This document shows positions 58,465 to 64,000 of a DNA stretch of 64,000 bases, piece after piece. The stretch's first letter is position 1. Each line of letters opens with the position of its first letter. Origin of the DNA: an uncultured Candidatus Rokubacteria bacterium (lineage in GTDB: Bacteria > Methylomirabilota > Methylomirabilia > Rokubacteriales > CSP1-6); the NCBI GenBank assembly GCA_963758635.1, contig CAVWWD010000005.1, forward strand, positions 608,001 to 672,000, given 5' to 3'. Position numbers and translations under genes: made by a program. Below the pieces are notes generated by a model that searched no databases, was not told the DNA's origin, and was given only the letters and a program-made list of their open reading frames with translations.

Positions 58465-58715
58465 TCGCGAATCCAGGACTCGGCGAGCGGGATCTCGGCC
58501 GCGCTCCGGCCGTCCGCGGCCGGGGCGACGCTGGGAGCGAGCCGGAGCAGCCCCTCCACTTCCGACCGGCGGTAGAGGCGCTGGCGCTTGATCCCCTGCC
58601 GGTAGCTCTTGAGGATGCCGCGGCTCACGTACGCGTAGAGCGTGGCCGGCTTCACCTCCATGAGGCCCGCCGCCTCGTCTACCGTGAGGTACTCCTCGCC
58701 GTCGACGACCACCAT
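58461..58715 (-). CDS. stand-alone excisionase/MerR-like HTH protein
   Basis: YLTVDEAAGLMEVKPATLYAYVSRGILKS...RLYRRSEVEGL. Confidence 0.85.
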   Translation of the reverse strand: MVVVDGEEYLTVDEAAGLMEVKPATLYAYVSRGILKSYRQGIKRQRLYRRSEVEGLLRLAPSVAPAADGRSAAEIPLAESWIRE

Positions 58716-58820
58716 GTCCCGATTCTAGCAGCGTTTTGCGGGCCCCATCCAGTCTGATGAAGTACCGTCTAGTAAAATCAATATAAATCATGTACGGTGC
58801 AGCCAAGGAGGAACCAGACC

Positions 58821-59984
58821 ATGGACAGCACGTGGAAGGCAGGGCTGGAGGACGTGATCGCCGCGCGCTCGGCCGTCTGCACGGTCGACGGCGAGGCCGG
58901 GCGCCTCTACTACCGCGGGTATGAGATCGGCGAGCTCGCCGGCGTGGTCGGTTTCGAGGCGATCACGCACCTCCTGTGGTTCGGGGAGCTGCCCACGCCC
59001 GCCGAGGCCGAGGCCTTCGAGGGCGCGCTCGCGGCGGCGCGCGAGGTGCCCGCGCCGGTGCTGGCGCTCCTGCGCACGTTGCCCCGCGACATGCACCCGC
59101 TCGACGTGCTGCGCACCGCGGTGTCCCTCGCCGCCGGGTCCGACCCCGACGCGCAATCGAACGAGCGGGACGCGAACGTGCGCAAGTCGATCCGGCTGAT
59201 GAGCCTGGTGCCCGCCACCGTCGCGGCGTGGCACCGCATCCGGAGCGGACGCGAGCCGCTGGCCGCCCGGGCCGAGGGCTCCCACGCCGCGCACGTCCTC
59301 CGGGTCCTCCTGGGGCGCGAGCCGGATCCCGAGGCGGCGCGGCTGATGGACGTGGCCCTCGCGCTGCACGCCGACCACGAGTTCAACGCGTCCACCTTCG
59401 CGGCCCGCGTCGCCGTGGCCACCCTGGCCGACCTCCACGCCGCCGTCGTGGCCGCCATCGCCACGCTCAAGGGGCCGCGCCACGGGGGCGCGAACGAGGA
59501 CGTGCTGCTGATGCTGGCGGAGATCGGCGACCCCGCGCGGGCCGAGGCCTTCGTGGAGGCGCGGCTCGGCGCCCGCGCCGGGCTCTCGCGCCAGGAGCGC
59601 GGCGACCCCCGGGCGCGGATGCCCGGCTTCGGCCACCGCGTGTACAAGGTCGACGACGCGCGGGCCCGCGTGCTGCGCGGCATGGCCCGCGAGGCGGCCC
59701 GGGCCACCGGCCGCACCCGGCTCCACGAGGTCGCCGAGGGCGTCTACGCGGCGATGCGGGCGCGGACGAGCCTGCCCGTCAACGTGGACTTCTTCTCCGC
59801 GGTGGTCTACGACGCCCTCGGCATCCCGCCCGACCTCTGCACGTCGATCTTCGCCACCGGGCGCGTGGCCGGCTGGTGCGCTCACGCCCTCGAGCAGTTC
59901 GCGGACAACCGCCTGATCCGCCCGCGTGCCCACTACGTGGGCCCTGCCCCCCGGTCCCTCGCCGCTAGCGCCGTCCCGGGCTAG
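58821..59984 (+). CDS. citrate/2-methylcitrate synthase family protein
   Basis: GLEDVIA, LYYRGY, DHEFNASTF, GPRHGGAN, GFGHRVY, NVDFFS, LIRPR. Confidence 0.95.
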   Translation: MDSTWKAGLEDVIAARSAVCTVDGEAGRLYYRGYEIGELAGVVGFEAITHLLWFGELPTPAEAEAFEGALAAAREVPAPVLALLRTLPRDMHPLDVLRTAVSLAAGSDPDAQSNERDANVRKSIRLMSLVPATVAAWHRIRSGREPLAARAEGSHAAHVLRVLLGREPDPEAARLMDVALALHADHEFNASTFAARVAVATLADLHAAVVAAIATLKGPRHGGANEDVLLMLAEIGDPARAEAFVEARLGARAGLSRQERGDPRARMPGFGHRVYKVDDARARVLRGMAREAARATGRTRLHEVAEGVYAAMRARTSLPVNVDFFSAVVYDALGIPPDLCTSIFATGRVAGWCAHALEQFADNRLIRPRAHYVGPAPRSLAASAVPG

Positions 59985-59986
59985 GC

Positions 59987-60042
59987 GGTTGTTTCCACTT
60001 CATTTCCATATGCGCTCGCCTCGCCGTCGGCTCGGCTCGCAA
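59987..60042 (-). repeat. Dispersed repeat family B
   Basis: GGTTGTTTCCACTTCATTTCCATATGCGCTCGCCTCGCCGTCGGCTCGGCTCGCAA. Confidence 0.85.
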
Positions 60043-60143
60043 AGCCACCTACCCTGACACCCGCGCGTGCTTGGTCCCGTCCGCGCCCGCCACCTATAAT
60101 GGTGGCGGGCGCCGGCACGGCGTCCGGGAGGGTGAGCTCCGTC

Positions 60144-60905
60144 ATGAGCGACGACCGGAAGCTCGCGATGTTCATCGATTTCGAGAACATCGTGCGCGGG
60201 GTGAAGGAAGCCCAGTACAAGCAGTTCGAGATCAAGCTGGTCCTCGAGCGCCTCGTCGAGAAGGGCAAGATCATGGTGAAGCGGGCGTACGCGGACTGGA
60301 GCCGCTACCTCGAGTACAAGCGCCCGTTCCACGAGCACGCCATCGAGCTGATCGACGTCCCCCAGAGCCGCTACAGCGGGAAGAACTCCGCGGACATCCG
60401 GATGGTCGTCGACGCCATGGACCTCGCGTACTCCAAGCAGCACGTCGACACCTTCGCCCTCGTCTCCGGCGACTCCGACTTCTCCCCGCTCGTGTCCAAG
60501 CTCCGGGAGAACGACCGCTTCGTGATCGGGCTGGGCGTGAAGTCCTCGTCCTCCGAGCTGCTCGTCGGCAACTGCGACGAGTTCATCTTCTACGAGGACC
60601 TGATCCGCGAGTCGAAGAAGACCACCGCGCTGCGCGGCCTGCCCGAGAAGAAGGCCGAAGCCTTCGCCCAGCTCATCGAGGCGGTGCAGGCGCTCCAGCG
60701 CGAGAACAAGGACACGCTCTGGGGCTCGATGGTCAAGCAGACGATGATCAGGAAGAACCCCGCCTTCAACGAGACGTACTACGGCTACTCGACGTTCTCG
60801 AAGCTCCTCGAGGAGGCGGCCAAGCAGCGCATCGTCACCCTCGAGCGCGACGCGAAGAGCGGCACCTACATCATCACCTCGCTCGAAGAAGGCCGGGCGG
60901 CGTAG
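60144..60905 (+). CDS. NYN (LabA/DUF88) domain protein with OST-HTH/LOTUS domain
   Basis: FIDFEN, GKNSADIRMVVDA, SGDSDFSPL, PAFNETYYGYSTFSKLLE. Confidence 0.95.
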   Translation: MSDDRKLAMFIDFENIVRGVKEAQYKQFEIKLVLERLVEKGKIMVKRAYADWSRYLEYKRPFHEHAIELIDVPQSRYSGKNSADIRMVVDAMDLAYSKQHVDTFALVSGDSDFSPLVSKLRENDRFVIGLGVKSSSSELLVGNCDEFIFYEDLIRESKKTTALRGLPEKKAEAFAQLIEAVQALQRENKDTLWGSMVKQTMIRKNPAFNETYYGYSTFSKLLEEAAKQRIVTLERDAKSGTYIITSLEEGRAA

Positions 60906-60909
60906 CCGC

Positions 60910-61521
60910 GTGACCCGGCCGCTCCTCCCCGCCCTCCTCGTCGTGGGGCTCTGGATCTCCGGGTGCTCCGCCCAGCCCGAGCCGTCCGCGCCCACCGCCG
61001 CGATCACCATGGATCCCCTCATGAGCCGGGGTCCGGCCACGGCGGCGGTGACCATCGTCGAGTTCTCCGACTACCAGTGACCGTACTGCAAGCGCGCCCA
61101 GCAGGTGCTGGGTCAGATCATGGCGGAGTTCCCGGAGAGCGTGCGGATCGTCTACAAGGACTTCCCCCTCGACTTCCACGACCGCGCGTGGCCCGCCGCG
61201 GAAGCGGCGCGCTGCGCGGGCGCGGGCGGCCGGTACTGGGAGTACCACGACCTCCTGTTCCTCGCCCTGCCCGCGTTCGAGCGCGACCAGCTCATCGGCT
61301 ACGCGGGACGCCTCGGGCTCGATCGCGCGTCGTTCACCGAATGCCTGGACAGCCGGCGCTTCCGGCGCGCCGTGGAGGCGGACGTGGCCGAGGGCAAGTC
61401 CGCCGGGGTGCGCGGCACGCCGACCTTCTTCATCAACGGCCGGCGCCTCGTCGGCGCGCAGCCCCTCGAGGCCTTCCGCGACGCCGTGCGCGGCGCGCTC
61501 GAGGAGGCGCGACGGCGCTGA
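60910..61521 (+). CDS. DsbA-family lipoprotein selenoprotein (UxxC; Sec at TGA 61078-61080)
   Basis: Lipobox ISGC; VTIVEFSDYQ-TGA-PYCKRAQ in frame with YKDFPL...GVRGTPTFFING; hairpin GCCCAGC-AGGU-GCUGGGU after UGA. Confidence 0.92.
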
Positions 61522-61677
61522 GGCGGAAATCTCCTTGCGGCCCCCGGGGCACTCCGGTAACGTGACTCATCGCGCCGTTCGCCGCCGCGACGGCGCTCCC
61601 GTGCCCGCGCGGGCACGGACGCACATCCCGGGCCCGGGATCGCTCCGCCGGGACTCGAACACGGAGGCTCGGACGAC

Positions 61678-61971
61678 ATGAGCGCGGAGCACTTCTGGCT
61701 GTCGGTGGGATTCCTCGGGCAGGCGTTCTTCTCGATGCGCTTCCTCGTCCAGTGGGTGGCCTCGGAGCGCAAGGGCGAGAGCATCGTGCCCACCTCGTTC
61801 TGGCTCTTCTCGATCGGCGGCGGCCTCACGATGCTGATCTACGCCATCTACCGCCTCGATCCGGTCTTCATCGTCGGACAGGCCGCCGGCCTCGTGGTGT
61901 ACCTCCGTAACCTCTATCTCATCCAGCGTGGCGCAGCAGGGCTCCACCGCGCGGGCGCCAACGCGGCATGA
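61678..61971 (+). CDS. lipid-A-disaccharide synthase N-terminal (LAB_N) domain protein
   Basis: GFLGQAFFSMRFLVQWVASE...FWLFSIGG...DPVFIVGQ...YLRN. Confidence 0.9.
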   Translation: MSAEHFWLSVGFLGQAFFSMRFLVQWVASERKGESIVPTSFWLFSIGGGLTMLIYAIYRLDPVFIVGQAAGLVVYLRNLYLIQRGAAGLHRAGANAA

Positions 61972-61988
61972 GCCGGCCAGGAGCGACC

Positions 61989-63208
61989 ATGGACGCGACG
62001 CAGTGGGGAGTGACGCAGAGCCGCCCGATCCTCATGATCCCGGGCCCGACCGAGCTGCCGTTCCCGGTGATCCAGGCGATGAACCAGCCGGCCACCATCC
62101 AGTACGACACGAACTTCGACGTGAACGTGCTGGAGCCGGTGACCCTCGGCCTCCGCGACATCTTCCAGGCCGGCCCGGGCGAGGTCATCATCATGCCGGG
62201 CTCGGGGCGCACGTCGCTGGAGGCGGGCGCGGTGTCGGTGATGGAGCCGGGCGACCGCGTCATCGTGATCGTGGCCGGCGTGTTCGGCGTGCTCATGCGC
62301 GAGATCATGACGCGCGTGGGCGCGGAGGTCACCGAGTTCGCGGTGGAGTGGGGCCGTCCCATCGACCTCGCCCGGCTCGAGCGGGAGATCGAGCGCGTGC
62401 GGCCGAAGGCGGTGACGATGGTCCACAACGAGACCTCCACCGGCGCCACCTACCCCGCCGAGGACGTCGGCCGCTCGTCAAGCGCCACGGCGCGCTGTTC
62501 TTCCTGGACACGGTCTCCTCGCTCGCCGGCATCGACGTCCGCACCGCGGAGTGGGGCGTGGACCTGAACATGACGGGCTCGCAGAAGTGCCTGGCCGCGC
62601 CGCTCGGCATGACGCTCGTCTCCGTGAGCCCGGCGGCGTGGGACGCCATGGAGCGGCGCAAGCAGCGCGCCTCGTCGCTCGTCTACGACCTGCTCCGATG
62701 GAAGGAGCAGTGGATCCCCGCCTCCCGCGGCGGCCAGGTGGCCGACGGGGCGGCGCGGCGCCAGCCCGTGTCGATCCCCACCCACCTCACCGCGGCGCTG
62801 GGCGCGGCGGTGCGCCTGATCCAGGAGGAGGGGCTGCCGCACCGCTTCCGCCGTCACGCGGTGGCGGGCGCGGCCTTCCGCGCCGGGCTCTCCGCGATGC
62901 GGCTCGAGATGTTCCCGGAAGCGGCCATCGCCTCCAACACCGTCTCCTGCTTCCGGGCGCCGGCGGGGATCGATCCCGCCGCGGTGGTCGCCCACATGCG
63001 CGACCGCCACGGGATCCTGATCGGCACCGGGCTCGACAAGATCCGCGCCTCGACGCTCCGCGTGGGCCACATGGGCATCACGTCGAGCCCGATGTACGTG
63101 CTGCCCACGCTCGGGGCCATCGAGATGACGCTCCGCGACCTGGGCTATCGCTCCGAGCCCGGCGCCGGCGTGTCCTCGGCGCAGGCCATCTTCTCGAGCC
63201 AGTCGTGA
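61989..63208 (+). CDS. class V aminotransferase (alanine-glyoxylate/serine-pyruvate type; frameshift near 62472)
   Basis: LMIPGPT, VHNETSTG, DTVSSLAG, GSQKCLAAP, LRVGHMG. Confidence 0.9.
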
Positions 63209-64000
63209 TCGTCGTCCCCGACGACTTCCCGTCCGTCTTCCAGGGCAGCGCGGCCCACGAGCGGGCGAAGGCGCTCGGCGACGTGCGCGTCTTCATCGAG
63301 CGCGGGGCCGACGACCCGGACGAGCTGATCCGGCGCATCGACCGCGCGCGCATCGCGATCAACATCCGGGCCCACGCCCGGTTCAGCGAGGCGGTGTTCG
63401 CGGCCCGGCCGCACCTCAAGCTGGTCTCGGTGTGGGGCACCGGCACCGACAACGTCGACCTGAACGCCGCGGGCATGCGCGGGGTGACGGTGTGCAACAC
63501 CCCCGGGGTCAACGCCTTCGCGGTGGCCGAGCACGCGCTCACCCTGATGCTCGCGGTGGGCCGGAAGATCACCACGCTCGACCGCGAGATGCGCGGCAAC
63601 AAGTGGCCGCGCGAGATGCTCACGCAGATGCTGGGCAAGACCCTCGGCGTGTTCGGCATGGGCTCGATCGGCGCGCGCCTGGCCACGCTCGGCCGCGCCA
63701 TCGGCATGGACGTGCTGGGATGGAGCGCCCTGGGTGACCAGGCCCGCATCCGCGCCGCCGGGGCGCGGCCGGCCGACAAGGACGAGATCCTCGGCGCAGC
63801 GGACGTGGTGAGCCTCCACGTCCGGCTGACGCCCGAGACGCGCGGCTTCATCGGACGGAAGGAGCTCGGCCTGATGAAGCCCACCGCCATCCTCGTGAAC
63901 ACCGGCCGCGGCGCCCTCGTCGAGCGCGACGCGCTGATCGCCGCGCTGCGCGAGGGCCGGCTCCTCGGCGCCGGCCTCGACGTGTTCCACCAGGAGCCGC
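63205..64000 (+). CDS. D-2-hydroxyacid dehydrogenase (SerA-like; runs off window end)
   Basis: Own translation from GTG 63205: GTGTDNVD, NTPGVNAFAVAEH, GKTLGVFGMGSIG, VNTGRG, GAGLDVFHQEP. Confidence 0.9.
   Translation, partial: MIVVPDDFPSVFQGSAAHERAKALGDVRVFIERGADDPDELIRRIDRARIAINIRAHARFSEAVFAARPHLKLVSVWGTGTDNVDLNAAGMRGVTVCNTPGVNAFAVAEHALTLMLAVGRKITTLDREMRGNKWPREMLTQMLGKTLGVFGMGSIGARLATLGRAIGMDVLGWSALGDQARIRAAGARPADKDEILGAADVVSLHVRLTPETRGFIGRKELGLMKPTAILVNTGRGALVERDALIAALREGRLLGAGLDVFHQEP

Noticed and set aside
55130..58715. pRiA4b ORF3 and excisionase-like HTH as evidence of a plasmid or prophage
   Set aside because: Both families are common on chromosomes; no integrase, att site or compositional shift is visible
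58754..58790. CTGATGA as a hammerhead ribozyme core (also GTCTGATG in repeat A)
   Set aside because: No stem II closed by a GAAA core segment could be found
1..64000. Numerous long antisense and alternate-frame ORFs rich in Arg/Ala/Gly/Pro
   Set aside because: Expected shadows of high-GC coding sequence; no recognisable motifs

Overview
A very GC-rich bacterial chromosomal window with about 70 genes; Candidatus Rokubacteria/Methylomirabilota is my best guess from gene content (inference only). It holds a MoxR-DUF58-vWA operon, a 2-oxoacid dehydrogenase E1a/E1b/E2/E3 operon, a dcd-pup-FmdB cluster, a peptide ABC transporter with two binding proteins, many thiol-redox genes, glgP, a circularly permuted ATP-grasp/alpha-E/transglutaminase operon, comDE-like and UxaA-family genes, and a citrate synthase with a stand-alone HTH partner. 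The ORF track misses several things. (1) Two selenoprotein genes read through an in-frame UGA followed by a SECIS-like hairpin: a UGSC-motif protein (30513-31046, -) and a lipoprotein DsbA with UxxC (60910-61521, +). (2) A LysR gene is followed by two ATCG-N7-CGAT boxes over the promoter of a Tat-transglutaminase/TlpA operon. (3) An orphan Pup ending in GGE has no pupylation or proteasome genes nearby. (4) There are four families of dispersed non-coding repeats, two of them MITE-like, plus a 46-bp tandem array. (5) Many genes look leaderless, including a pair sharing one bidirectional palindromic -10 box. About 17 single-base frameshifts in 13 genes look like consensus errors rather than pseudogenes. 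No rRNA, tRNA, CRISPR array or transposase was seen.
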